From Moniliella sp. 'wahieum' (lineage: Eukaryota), in assembly GCA_003971905.1 (NCBI GenBank), contig RSEE01000019.1, positions 620,001 through 684,000 on the forward strand: 64,000 nucleotides of DNA. Direction: 5' to 3'. The notes under the pieces were generated by a model. The model saw nothing but the letters and a program-made list of their open reading frames with translations, was not told the DNA's origin and did no database searches. Every line of letters starts with the position of its first letter. The first letter of the stretch is position 1. Positions 12,072 through 24,605 of the stretch are shown here, one piece after another. The translations under genes were made by a program, and so were the position numbers.

Positions 12072-15000
12072 CTAGTGCGCCGCGGGCGCCGCCCACGTCC
12101 AGTCCGCCTCGGACGCCGGCAGCTCGGGCTTGCCCCCCGCCGCGCTGGGCCCAGCCCACGATTCGCATCCGCATCCGCATCCGCGCTCGCCTCGCCCGCC
12201 CGACGGCCGCTCGGGCATGACGTACTCTTGGTGCAGACTGTCGTTGCTCTCCCGCGCCGCGGGCTGCGTCGCGTCCAGACTCGGCGCAGCTGCCGCGGGG
12301 TGGGCAGGCGGCGCAGCGGCGGCAGCAGGCGCAGCAGGCGCAGCAGGCGCAGCAGGGCAGCAGGAGAAGCAGGAGCAGAGCGTCGCCGGTGCTGGATCAG
12401 CAACAGTCAAGTTGGCAAAGGAATCGCCAAAGGCATCGTCAAACGAATGGCCGCCGCCGGGATGCGGAAGGTAGGATCTTCATCCTTTGTGGGCGCCTCG
12501 GGCGGCGGGAGCGAGGCAAACAGATCGTCAAAGTGATGGCTGGGAGCCGGTGCGGCTGGCGCAGCGGGTGTAGCAGCAGCGCCGCCGGCGGCGAGGAGCC
12601 CCAAATGGATTCGTGCTCCTCTCGACACGGCCGGGTCAGGGCAGGCGGCGCGGCGGCCAGGTCCCGAGCTGGGTCCGCGGTCCAGACCCAGTCGCTGCCG
12701 TGGGCGTTGGTTCGCTTCCCGGCACGCTCCAAGTCGGAGCAGGGACGGAAGCCGATTCGGGCTCGGGCGTGGGCGCGGGTTCAGGCTCGGCGGTTCGGCT
12801 GGCACCGCCGGCGGGGCGTGGGCCACACGGAGCGATGTGAGTTCTTCCCGAATGGGAGCGGCAGTGGTTTGAGCCAGGGCCATACGATGATTGGCCGACT
12901 TGACCTCGGCTTTATCCTGGGCCAACTGGTCCAGCAACTCGGTCTTCTCCTTCTCCAGAGCGGCGAGCTTGGCTTGCTGCTGGTCCACTGGGCCTGGACC
13001 TGGCGCAAGCTATCGGCCTCAGCTTTGGCTTTGGCCTGCTCCTCCACGTCGGCCTGGCTCGTGGTAATGTCCGCCAGGACGGTCCGGATGCGTTCGCGCA
13101 TCTCTTCCATCGATTGCGTCTGGCTGGCCAAACTCGCCTCCAGCTCAGCACGCTGCGCCTTGACCTTGTCCAACTCGCGCTCGGCAGCTTGCAGGAACAC
13201 CGAGTCGGCCCCCGTCGGCGCCCCACGCTCCGCACCGGCGCCCAAGCCCGAATTCACATCCTTGCTCTCCGCCCGCTCCCTTGGAAGACGGTGTGTGCGA
13301 CACCGGACTCAGCGGGGACGGCACCGCCGCCGCGGGCGCCGCGCCCCACGGTGCGCCTCTCCGGGCGTGCCAAGCGACGAGCCAAACGGATCCTGCGCAG
13401 GCGACAAGGCGCCCGTAGCCTGGCGCGAAACGGCAGGGGAGCAGCGGATCCTGTGACCGAGGCCGGCGCCGCGGGCGAAGCCAACCCCGGTGCGCCAAAG
13501 GGCGCTTGTGGCGCGCCCACGCGGGGGGGGGATCGTCGTCATCCAAGAGAGAGAGCAGGTCCCTTGTTGGCTCGGGCACGGGGCAGGCGGGGAGGGGAAA
13601 AGGCACCCGCTTGCCCCGTTCCTCCGCGCAGCGAGGGCGGGATGAGCGAGGCGGGCAGCGCGGTGGGCACCTCCTTGCCCGCAAGACGGTTGTTGATCAA
13701 GTGCATCGCTACCGCAAACTCGTCGCGCGGAGGGAGCCCGTTTGGGTCACGTCCGATAGATCCCTAGACACAAGCAAAACAAGCAAAACCTAACCGTTAG
13801 TCCCCTATTAGGCAAGACGCGTGTGTGTGTGAGGGGGGGGGGGGCATACCAAACTCGGGCTAACGTTGCTTCGTCCAGCTTGGATTGCAAAAAGAACGGG
13901 ACGACCAACGAGCCCTCCAACTGACCCGTCTTGTCCGCATCCATCCCATCGAAAAATTGGTTCGCACTGGCGCGTTCGGCGGGCGAGATGTCCCAGCCAT
14001 GTCGGGCGCGGCGCCAAACTGGCTTCCGGTCGTCTGGGCTGGCAGCTGCCCAAAGCCAGTCGCCGAGCGCGGGGGAAGGAGCCCGTGTATTGCGTGGCAA
14101 GCGGCGCGGGGCCTGTCGACGGAGCGCGCATCGGCGCACCCGATACACTGCCTGTGTACTGAGCGTGCAGCGGGGCCGGGCCGACCGACCAGCACGCATC
14201 GCGCGCCCGACACGCTTCCCGTGTACTGCGCGTGCAGGGGAGGCGGACCGACCGAAGGCGCTCGCATCGGTGCGCCGATACGCTCCCCGTGTACTGCGGC
14301 GGGATGGTACTGGGGGGCACGGTACCCGTGTACTGTGCCGAGACCGAGGCCGGGGCATGTTGCCAGTGTACTGCGCGGGGATCCGAGCGCCCCGAGAACC
14401 CCGTGGGAGGGCGGGAAGGCAAAGTGGGACTGGCAGGCGTGAAGCTCCGGCTGGGCTGGGCCGGGGTGAACGTACGGCGGCAGAGCGCACCAGCCACTTG
14501 TTCATACAGCTCGGGCGGCAACCGGCTCGGCAACGAAGTCAGGGTCCCATTCAATGGTGGCTTGGATAAATGCATGGCAATCGTAAAGTCCACCAGATCC
14601 AGCACACCCTCGATCCCGCGTATCCGCCAACGCCCAGATCGAGCCCAGCTTGTCGACCGGGAGCTGAGACTTGAGAAAGATGGCCTTGGCCTTGTCTGCG
14701 TCCAGCACGCCCCCGACGGACCGGCGTTGGCAAAGATGCGGGCAAAGCGGGCTTTGTCCGCGGCAGACACGCTGTCCGCTTGCGGGACGGGGGGAGGGGA
14801 GGGATGGCCGCCGTGCGCGGAGGCACGGGCGGCGCCACAGACCGAGATCGGTCGGCCGAGGCAGGATAGGTCACGCCTTGAAACACGGGCGCCGGGGCAG
14901 GGCGGGTGACCAAGGGGGCGTGATGGCCTCGCCCTGCTGGGCATGGCCAATCAGACGCAGGGCAGTGGCAAACCCATCCGCGGTAAGGAAGCCCACATTC

Positions 15001-15234
15001 TCCTTATCGGACACGGCCCAGATCTGGCCCAGCACCGAGGGCGGCAGGCGCGACGGCGCAAAGAACTTGACCGCCTGGTCGCCGACCAGCACGCCGGTCT
15101 GTTCCGGGTCCGCCTGGGGCCAGAGGTGGTTGAAGGCGGCGCGCTCGGGCGGCGTCAGGGCTGGGGATGGACGGAGCGTCAGCAGCGGCGCGGGCGGCGG
15201 CGGGAGGAACGGGCAGGAGCGTACCAATCGTCAT
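12072..15234 (-). CDS. EDE1: EH-domain endocytic scaffold (Ede1/Eps15-like): three EH domains, QYTG repeats, coiled coil
   Basis: EH1 [16 protein letters not shown]2 [20 protein letters not shown]3 [16 protein letters not shown]; coiled coil 12880-13190; short first exon ATG ACG ATT G followed by an intron. Confidence 0.85.
14080..14385 (-). repeat. Coding tandem repeat, about 69-bp unit ([23 protein letters not shown]) plus shorter QYTG units
   Basis: Six CCNGTGTAYTG (QYTG) cores near 14083, 14151, 14219, 14287, 14326 and 14363. Confidence 0.85.
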
Positions 15235-15695
15235 CACGCCGCGGGGAGGTGGTGGACTGGTCGAACGGAGGCGTGCTCAGGCTGAGCGCTGAGTCTGAGC
15301 GCTGAGCCTGAGGAGCCTCAGCGCTCCGCTGGCAGCGCCGCTCAGATCGCGCGGCTCGGCCGCACAGTGACGTAATTGACGCGTTGCAATGTTGCACCGC
15401 GTGGCGGCCGCAGTCGGCGGCAGGCCAGCTGCCACGCTGCTTCTGCGTGCTGTGTACCAGCAAGTGTACCAGTACCCCCCCACCTATCGAGCGCACAGAA
15501 CAGAGCCACATCCGGCCCGTGTGTTCAGCCAGGTCTGCATTAAGGAACGGAAAGGGGACGGAGAGGAGGCGTGGGCACTGCTACGGCAGTCCGCACGAGC
15601 GGGGCTAGTGTACAAGGCAGGATGGGACAAAGCGTGCCCCCACAATTTCCAGTCGCAGCGCGGCGGCCGCCACGGTCGGACGCGTGGGCCAAAAG

Positions 15696-16673
15696 CTAGG
15701 CGTGGCGCTGGTACTGCGCCACCAACATTGCATGATCACGCTCGTACGGCTCCAGCGTCAATTGCTCCCGCGGCCGGAACATTTCGCCCTGGAGCTTCTT
15801 GACCTCGGAGCGAACACTGCCTCGGCCGGCGCGGTCGAGTCGATGCAGGAGGCCTTGATCGAAATCACCACATGGCCCCCATCCTTGAGGAAGTAGTGCG
15901 CATTGAGAGCAACAATGCGAGCCTGGTCGGGCTGGGCCACGTCGGCAAAGATCACGTCGACCGTGTCGACGAGCATGCGGTATTTTTGTGGGTGCCGCGC
16001 ATCCTCGATAATCGGGATCACGTTGGTCCGTTCTTGGCCATGTGATCAGGTCACGCCCCCCGGTGCGAAACTCGACAGCGTACACGACGCCCGTCGGGCC
16101 CACCACATCGGCACGTGCGAGACCGACGTGCCGAGGCAGCACCCAGGTACAGCACCTTGGCACCAGGTTGGATATGGATGTGGTCCAACCCACCCAGGAT
16201 CCCGGCCGCCAGCTTCGAACGGAGGGTTCCACACACGGTACTCCACCTTGGCACCGGGCACACCGTCGTCCTGCACCACATCCACAGAAATGCGCTTTTC
16301 GCCATAGACCGAGTCACGGGCGCTAGGTTCTTGGTCACAAGCAGATGCTCTTTGCCCTCGGCAATAAACACACCCGCGTGACGGTGAGGCTTGACAATCA
16401 CCTTGCTGCCTCCACGAGCGCCGCCACGGGGGCACCACGGCCACGGGGGGACCGCGCCCTCCGCGAGTACCACCACGAGCACCACGCGCGCACCTGAATA
16501 ATACAAAAAGGCGGGTCAGTTCCCTGCCCACCCACCAGCAAGTCCAATGCCAATACGTACCACGACCACCGGGTGCACCACGGCCACCACCGCGGCCGCC
16601 ACGACCGGGGGGACCCCCGCGCCCGCCACGGAATCCCCCGCGCGCACACCACGTCCACGGTCACCGAAGCCAT
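15696..16673 (-). CDS. NOP1: Fibrillarin, rRNA 2'-O-methyltransferase
   Basis: N-terminal GAR/RGG region, [68 protein letters not shown]; intron about 16494-16560. Confidence 0.97.
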
Positions 16674-16927
16674 TAGGAAAGAAACGCAAGTATGTCGAAC
16701 GAGCTGGTGGAGGCGTGGGTTCGTGCCAAGGTCGGAAGCGCCGGCGTGTCTGCTCCCCCAGTCCAGCCAGAAGAGCAGGCAAAGAAATTTTGGCGCGGGT
16801 ATTCCGCCCGGGGCGGCGCGGAATCAGGGCTGCAACATTGAAATGACACGCCGCGCCACTGGGCGCCGGTACACAACACGGCAGCTCAACAACGCGCTCC
16901 CCAGCTCAAGCAACCACCCCGCCCACC
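16674..16927. promoter_or_regulatory. Short bidirectional promoter between NOP1 and gamma-tubulin
   Basis: 254 bp between divergent ATGs; an RRPE-like AAAGAAATTTT at about 16781. Confidence 0.6.
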
Positions 16928-18469
16928 ATGCCGCGCGAGCTCATCACGATCCAAGCCGGCCAGTGCGGCAACCAGATTGGCGCTGCGTTTTGGGAGCAGC
17001 TCTGTCGTGAGCACGGCATTACCCAGGACGGCACCTGGCTGAGTTCGCCACTGAAGGCGCGGCAGGCGACCGCAAGGACGTGTTTTTCTACCAGGCCGAC
17101 GACGAACATTATGTCCCCCGTGCCATCCTGGTAGACCTTGAACCGCGGGTGATCCAGAACGTGACCAGTGGCGCGTTCAGCAAGTTTTACAACCCGAGAA
17201 CATCTTCACCTCCGAGGACGGGCGGTGCGGGCAACAATGGGCCCAAGGGTACTACGCTGGTCAGAAAGTGGCCGATGAGCTGATCGAGATGATTGAGCGC
17301 GAGGCCGATGGCAGCGACAGTCTTGAGGTGTGTTCTTGCCTGCCTCCACAAATGCAGAGCTCGGTGCTAACCTTCATGTGTTGCTAGGGATTCACTCTGC
17401 TCCACAGTATCGCCGGCGGTACGGGTTCCGGCCTTGGGGTCCCATCTGCTTGAAGCGCTCAACGATGCCTACCCCAAGAAATTGATTCAAACGTACTCGG
17501 TGTTCCCCAACATGTCTGGTAATTCCGATGTTGTGGTTCAGCCCTACAATTCGGTCTTGACTATGAAACGCCTGGTGGACAATGCCGACTCGGTTGTCGT
17601 GCTGGACAATGGGTCGTTGGGTCGGATCGCCAGTGACCGCCTCCACTTGCACGAACCTAGTGTCAAGTACGTATTCCCCCCATCGCTTTTTGTCCCCGCA
17701 TCCTGCTGACTTGGAGCCCTGCAGCCAAATGAACCAGATGATCAGTACCGTGATGAGCGCTGCGACGTTGACGTTGCGATACCCAGGCTACATGAACAAC
17801 GAGCTGGTACGCCCCTTCCCCCCCTCCCTTCCTCCCTCGTGTTGGTGTGTTTAGTACAAGTGGGCTAACGGTATGGATCTTTTAGGTGGGAATGATGGCC
17901 TCGTTGATCCCCACGCCAAGGTGCCACTTTTTGATGACCGCGTACACGCCTTTCACTGCCGATACGGTGGACCGGGGTAAGGCGATGACCAAGACGACCG
18001 TGTTGGACGTGATGCGAAGGCTGCTGCAGCCCAAAAACCGGATGGTGAACATGCAAGGCGCAAGCAAGTCGGCCTGCTACATGTCCATCATGGATATTGT
18101 CCAGGCGACGTGGACCCGCGCGAGGTGCACAAGAGTCTGCTCCGCATTCGCGAGAAGCACTCGGCCTCTTCATCCCGTGGGGGCCCGCGTCGATTCAAGT
18201 TGCGCTGGCCAAGCGGAGTCCCTATGTGCCGTCGAGCCACCGTGAATGGGTTGATGCTGGCGAACCACACGGGGATTACGGGTATGTTTAAACGGATGGT
18301 GTCGCAGTTTGACATGCTCTACAAACGCAACGCCTTTATCGAGAACTACAAGAGAGAACCGGGCTTTTCCATCTCGGAGTTTGACGAGGCTCGGGAGACG
18401 GTGCTGGAGGTGATTCAAGAGTACCGGGCAGCGGAGAGCCCCGAGTACATCTCGGGCAAGGCGGTGTGA
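16928..18469 (+). CDS. TUB4: Gamma-tubulin
   Basis: [78 protein letters not shown]; three introns. Confidence 0.97.
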
Positions 18470-19241
18470 ACAAGCAGATGGGTTGTTCGACCATTGTTAG
18501 TATTGCGTGTATACCTCCTATATGATGTTGCTGTCGATAATCGCTCAGTATCTACCTTGGGAAATCAACTGCGGCGGGGATAAAACAGAACAGACCGGCC
18601 CAGTGGTGTGGATGAGAGCTGAGAGCAAGGACGATTAATCCCCAGATGGTCTGAGCTCATGCATGGGGAGGTAAGTTCTGGATGAGATCCAAGCGACCAG
18701 TCAAGCCGAGTCCTCCACTCGGACCGCCAAACGATGGAGGGACGCTTCCTTGATCAAAAGAAGGTAATTTCACTGCTGGCTGCTATACATATGTCCACAT
18801 TGATCGAGTCCCATAACGGGGGGTGGGTGCCAGTGCAAAAGGGTCACGCCTGTGGCTACTACCGTTTCTTTCAGGTAGGCAGGGCAGGGGTCTAGACACT
18901 CTGCCCCCTTCAAGTCCAAGTCCAGCGCCCGTACCCTCACTTTCACTCACTCCACCTCACCCTCACCCTCACCCTCACTCTCCCTGGGTAGCCGTGACGC
19001 GCGACGGGGCAGCGCACACGCGAGACGGCTGGACCCGGCGGAAAGAGGCCACCGTAGCAGCGCACACACGCACCAGCCAATTGCAACTTTCACATCCAGT
19101 CGATGCGCACCCGATTGCTCGCCGCGGAATTGGATCCAGATCGGGTTCCGCTCCCGAAGTGACGCGTTCGACGGCGGCTGGCCCGCCTCCTGCAGCGAAG
19201 CGCCTCGGCCACCCACCCATCACTACCACCCTCCCATCCTC

Positions 19242-21007
19242 ATGGCGTCCGACAAGAAGGAGGAGCCCACCGCGCCACCCACACCGCCCGAGACGCCCAA
19301 GGTGCCGCCGGAGAGCGAACTGCTCTTCCTGCTGCGCCAGAACCTTGCTCTGATCGAACGCAGCGTCACTCTCCTCGAACCCCGCTTCACCGCTCGTGTC
19401 CTACGCACCATCCCCTACACGCGCAAGCGCATCGATGTGTGGCCAAGCGTGCTTGCCACGGCGGTCTCGGAAGGCATTTCTAAGGGTATGTTTGTCTCTC
19501 CGAGAAATAGAAAGGGTCCAACTCACCACCCTGCTTTCTCTTCTCTGCAGAGTCCCCCCTCAGGGCGGAGCTCCTGAGTGTGCTTCCCGAGCCATACGTG
19601 CACAAGCCTGTGGAGCCTGTGGAGCCCGCGGAAAAGGATGCAATGGACGTTGATGACAAGCCTGCTAAGGGCGACAGCGCTGTGGAAAAGGGGCCAAAGA
19701 CGATTGAGGCTGAGAAGGAAAAGGAGAAGGAGAAGGAGAAGGCCAAGAAGAAGCCGCCAAGAAACAGCTCTTTGAGCAGCCCCACCAGCCTATCCTTGAG
19801 GCTGCTTCGGAACTGGAGACGTACCTCAGTCTCTTGGTTTCGATTTACCTCTTGGACTACCGCAAGTACGAACAGGCCCTTCAGTTGCTCCGTTCGTCGT
19901 ATGCGGCCCTTGTAGCCAAGAACCAACGTTCGCTGGACCTCCTCGGCGCCAAGATTATCTACTACATTGGCCGTTCAGTGGAACTGATCAAGCAACACCT
20001 CAACCTAGGCTCAGCCTTGGCGGGCGAGCGCGACTTTTTGTTGGACGCCCACCGCACTGCGTCGCTGCGCCATGACGCCGAGACACAGGCGACGATCATC
20101 AACTTGCTTCTGCGCTACTACTTGGTTGAATCCAACTTGTACGACCAGGCTGACAAACTCGTTTCGCGTGCGCCCTTCCCCCGGGCCCAAGTATCCAATG
20201 GACAAATTGCCCGGTTTGAGTACTACGTTGGCCGTATCCGTGCCGTGCAGCTCAACTATACCGAGGCGCACGAACACTTGCAAAGCGCCATTCGTCGTGC
20301 CCCTCAGCCAGCCGTGACGCCGCAGGTGCTACCCGGGACGGGCCCAGTGTACCAGAGCGCTGCGGGCTTCCTCCAATCGGCGTACAAGTTTTTCGTCGTT
20401 GTTGAACTCTTGATGGGCGACATTCCTGACCGCAGCATCTTCCGTATTGACGCACTCAAGAAGCCTCTGACCCCGTATCTGGAGATTGTCCAAGCAGTGC
20501 GGATCGGCGACCTGTCCGTGTTCCAAGCCGCCTTGTCGCGGTACGAATCCTTGTTCAAAGCGGACAAGACCTTGTCGCTGATTATTCGCCTGCGACACAA
20601 TGTCATCAAGACGGGCATTCGCATGATTTCCTTGGCGTACAGCCAGATCTCACTCAAGGACGTGACACGCAAACTGGCTCTTGAGAGCGAAGAGGATGCC
20701 GAGTACATCATCGCCAAGGCGATCCGGGATGGGGTGATTGAGGCCAAGGTCCACCATGAGGAAGGGTACATGGAATCGAGGGAAAAAGTCGACATCTACA
20801 CTACCTCGGAGCCCCAAGTGCAGTTCAACCAGCGAATTGCCTTTACGCTCCAGCTGCACAACGAATCACTCAAGGCAATGCGCTACCCTCTCAACCACCA
20901 CAAGGCGGAGCTGGCCAAGGCAGCGTCGGCGCGAGCGAGCGCGAGAGAGGTTGGCCAACGAAATTGCGGATGCGGACATGGACGATTCGGACGACGACTG
21001 GCTGTGA
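19242..21007 (+). CDS. RPN3: 26S proteasome regulatory lid subunit Rpn3/PSMD3
   Basis: LYDQADKLVS, YYVGRIRAVQLNY, VELLMGDIPDR, RLRHNVIKTGIRMISLAYS (PCI domain), EPQVQFNQRIAFTLQLHNESLKAMRYP. Confidence 0.95.
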
Positions 21008-21349
21008 GGAGCACCGCCGCGGTGAAGCACATGCTTTGTTGTCCGACATGCCAGAGACGAACGCAATGCAGAAATCAGAACAGATGGCTGGACTATAGGT
21101 GGGATGGCTTCAAGGTGAGATGGAGATGCCTTGCCAACGAGACCCATCTGTAGGAGATAAGAACAGACTCGGCCGAGTGTTTCAATGTTTCACTCGTAGC
21201 TGCTGGGTGTGGCGCAATTTTTTACTGTGTGGGTCGCATCCTCATAACATCGAGAGGCTTAATCTGCTTGTAGGCCCGCCCCCCTGTTACTCACTACCTC
21301 CAGCCCCAGCTCCTTTGACCATCGTGGTTGTTCACCAGCGCCCGACGTC

Positions 21350-22195
21350 ATGCGTTGTGGTCTATCGCTTCTCTTTTGGTCTGCTGCTTCTACTTTCCTT
21401 TTCCCATGGTTCTGTTCGCTCCTTATTCTGCCCAAGGTTGCAGCCGTCATGGTTCACTTTGACCCCCCGGGCATGGGCAGGCAATGCTTTTTCGAAGACC
21501 TGCACATTGGCGACCAAATGACGCTTACTTGGCAGTCGACGTCTCTGCAGCTGGACCAAACTGTCCTGGATGTGCTCCTCGCTGACCCGTCGGATGAAAT
21601 CCTTTACACTATCCACCACGCCGATACAGGTTCTTACTCCTTCGTTGCCATCTCGATGGACGATATACATACTGCTTCGACGATCCAGAACATGGCTTGC
21701 GCGTCTCGGGTAAGATGGTCAAGTACGTATGACCCGATTTGAGGCTCCACTTGATTGCACCCTCTTGGTTTCTGACGCGTCAGGTGTGCTGGCCATTACT
21801 AGCTTCCACGTTCACGGCATCATTTATGTGCCCAAGGACGAACTGATGGCGCCGCTGGAAAGGAGGTTCGCGACTTGTCTGAAGCCATCAAGGGCATCAA
21901 GGACGAACAAGAGTATCTTGTCATTCGCGACCGCATCCACCAACTCACAGCTGAATCGACCCGCACTCGCGTCGCTTGGTGGTTCCTGCTTGAAAGCGTC
22001 ATGCTACTGGGCGCATGCGCCGTCCAAATCTTCTTCATTCATCGGTGTGTATTCCCTCTACCTATGCTCCCGGGGGCTGATCAGGCGATCAAGCGAGGGT
22101 GGGCGGGGCGTCAATGGAACTAGGGTAGGATGCGGCATGTGCTAACCCCCTGATACACGGTTCACAGGCACTTTGAAGTCCGGCGGTACATTTGA
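21350..22195 (+). CDS. p24/GOLD cargo receptor (Emp24-like)
   Basis: Signal peptide, QCFFEDLH, IKDEQEYLVIRDRIHQLTAESTRTRVAWW, transmembrane segment, cytosolic tail HFEVRRYI after an intron. Confidence 0.88.
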
Positions 22196-23076
22196 CCCTG
22201 CTGAGAGCTCTCGTTTGGTTTCTTCGCGATACGTATACTATTTGTTCCGACTTTTGTTACGACTTTGGCGCCTCCCCCCTCCCCTCTCGACGATCGATAG
22301 AGATTGGTTTCACTCTTTTCGTCGCATCTTGGTGGTTAGCCCCACTGCCCCTCTCTTACAAACCCCACGATTCTTTTTGCAAGATGGAGACGTGTGGAAT
22401 GGGGGGGCAAGGGCGGCACGCCAGTGCTGATGTGGTGAATCTTGGCACCCTAATTGAAGATGTGGTCAATACCCCCCACGGCGCAACTGCGCCAACCACG
22501 TCAGTCCGCTCCTTTTCCCCCTGCTTGTTCCGATTGGGCTGATGAATAACGTCGAGGATATTGATGAAGGCACTTTGAACGCCATCAAATCGCCCATAGG
22601 CGTGAGGCCCGACAGGACAGCGCCGACCACCAGTCCGCTCAATCGCCTCAGTGATGCTGGCAATGGGCGAGGCGAGGAGCCGCTTTGATGCTTGTATATG
22701 TGCTCCGTGCTCCATTTTACTCGGCCATAACTAGCTCTCTTGTAACATAACCGATGGTCTTTATCCTTACCCTTATTGTGGCGCAGCCGCTGATTCCAAC
22801 CAGAAAGCAAAACGCATACAGTGCTGCTGCCTGCGACTTCAAGTTGACGCTCACATTTCAAAGCTGCAAGTGGCGCATGCTGTGCTCGGGTTGGGGGCGA
22901 GCGGTTCTTATTTCACGCGTCACGACTCCTGCCGGCCCCACTGAAACTGATAGCCGGCATCCGGCCTCCGCTTCTGTGCGGATTCCGGGGACCAGCGGGT
23001 GCCTGCTGCTGCTTCATGAGCTTCATGGCAGCGCCTGCTCGTCCTTGCACCCCACCACCGCTCCCCTCCCGCTGCC

Positions 23077-24067
23077 ATGAGCCCTCCCTCCGACGCTGCC
23101 CGCCGCCTGGACGCCACCACCCGCCACTTGACCAGGCCGGCCCGCCTCGGAGTACGCCGTCCATCAGTGGGCGCCGCCCACACCCTCGGTACGTCCCTAG
23201 CCCCGGCCCCGCCCCCCAACTCGCTCCCAATGCTTCTCTGACCGCGCCGCCCCAGACTACCGCGGTTTGTAACGAACGGCCAGGGCCAGGCGGTCTCCCC
23301 CTTTCACGACATCCCCCTCTATGCCGATGCGAGCCAGCGGGTGCTCAACATGGTGGTTGAGATTCCGCGGTGGTCCAACGCCAAGCAGGAAATTAGCAAG
23401 TCGGAGCCGCTCAACCCCATTCTCCAAGACACGAAGAAGGGCAAGCTGCGCTTTGTGCGCAACTGCTTCCCCCACAAGGGGTACATTTGGAACTACGGTG
23501 CCTTCCCCAGACCTTTGAGGACCCGGCCCATGTCCATCCCGATACCCATGCCAAGGGGGACAACGATCCTCTGGACGTGTGCGAAATTGGACAGCAGGTG
23601 GGGCACACGGGCCAGGTCAAGCAGGTCAAGGTACTGGGTGTGATGGCTCTGCTGGACGAGGGCGAAACGGACTGGAAGGTGATTGCGATTGATATCAACG
23701 ATCCACTCGCGCCCAAGCTCAATGACATTGACGATGTCGAGACCCACCTACCGGGCCTGCTTCGCGCTACCCAGGAATGGTTCCGCATCTACAAGATCCC
23801 AGATGGCAAGCCGGAGAACCAGTTTGCCTTTTCGGGTAAGGCAATGAACCGTGCCTACGCCACTGAGATCGTGGATGAATGCTACCAGGCTTGGACTCAT
23901 CTCGTGGAGGGCAAGTCTGACCGGGGCGACACTTCGATTGCTAATGTGACCCTGACAGGACTCCTGGCTTTACACCCAACGTGCCTGTCCCGGCTGCCAA
24001 CCCTCAACCACCCGCGCCCATCGACGCTTCGATCGATAAGTGGTTCTTTGTCTCCCCAAGCAACTAA
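23077..24067 (+). CDS. IPP1: Family I inorganic pyrophosphatase
   Basis: [78 protein letters not shown]-terminal DKWFFV; intron about 23189-23255. Confidence 0.96.
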
Positions 24068-24206
24068 TTGTTGCAAGGATTCAAAAATGGAGAAGTGTAT
24101 CTGCTGTAGTGCATAGTCTGTGTAAATGGAAAGGGGCAGAGGCTTGAACCAAGCTACTCGTCGTCATGAACCATGGGCATGTCGCTCCATCTTATCAAGC
24201 AAGTCG

Positions 24207-24605
24207 TCGGCAAGAGGAATGGTAGGTGCACCATTCCTCTCCGATTCGCCATCAGTGTTGATCCCTCCATCCTTTTCGGGGGGACGTCAGGTCCTTCAAC
24301 CATGACCATGACATCCAGCAGCTCACGGTGACCAGCGTCGCGCCCCCCCGTTTGCGCTCTTCCCGTGCCTATTCATTCGCCATGGTCACTGCCTTGGCAA
24401 AATAAAGACAGGAATGAAAATCTGTTCAACTGGCATCAGTTGACCTCGTCCATCCCCACATGCATCCTCCTGCTTTTGTAGAGTGGTACCAAAAGTAGTG
24501 GCCGCCGGGTCCTGCCGCTGGACCAGTCGCTGACTAGCCACTATAAGTAACTACCTACTTAGGAACCCACCTGGCTTCCCTACCTACAGTGGACCGGGGA
24601 AGCTC
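24207..24605 (+). ncRNA. Candidate structured ncRNA with H/ACA-snoRNA-like geometry
   Basis: At least seven perfect stems of 5-11 bp; an ANANNA box near 24400; a hairpin at 24411-24457 with ACA 14 nt below its upper stem. No family recognised. Confidence 0.3.

Noticed and set aside
14080..14385. Spaced repeats superficially like a CRISPR array
   Set aside because: Eukaryotic coding repeat in frame within Ede1; the spacers are themselves homologous and there are no cas genes.
18660..18680. ACTTACCT on the minus strand resembling the U1 snRNA 5' end
   Set aside because: No U1 loop I/II sequences or Sm site follow; it is just the complement of a splice-donor-like AGGTAAGT.
22380..22690. Possible small spliced gene between p24 and IPP1
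   Set aside because: Weak splice signals and no recognisable homology.
24230..24260. Hammerhead-like CTGATGG-CGAA next to a long stem on the minus strand
   Set aside because: Lacks CUGANGA, stem II and the GAAA/UH core.
24180..24605. RNase P/MRP, U17/snR30, SRP, telomerase RNA or TPP riboswitch identity for the structured segment
   Set aside because: No matching P4 pair, no exact m1/m2 motifs with a terminal ACA, no telomere template, no TPP core.
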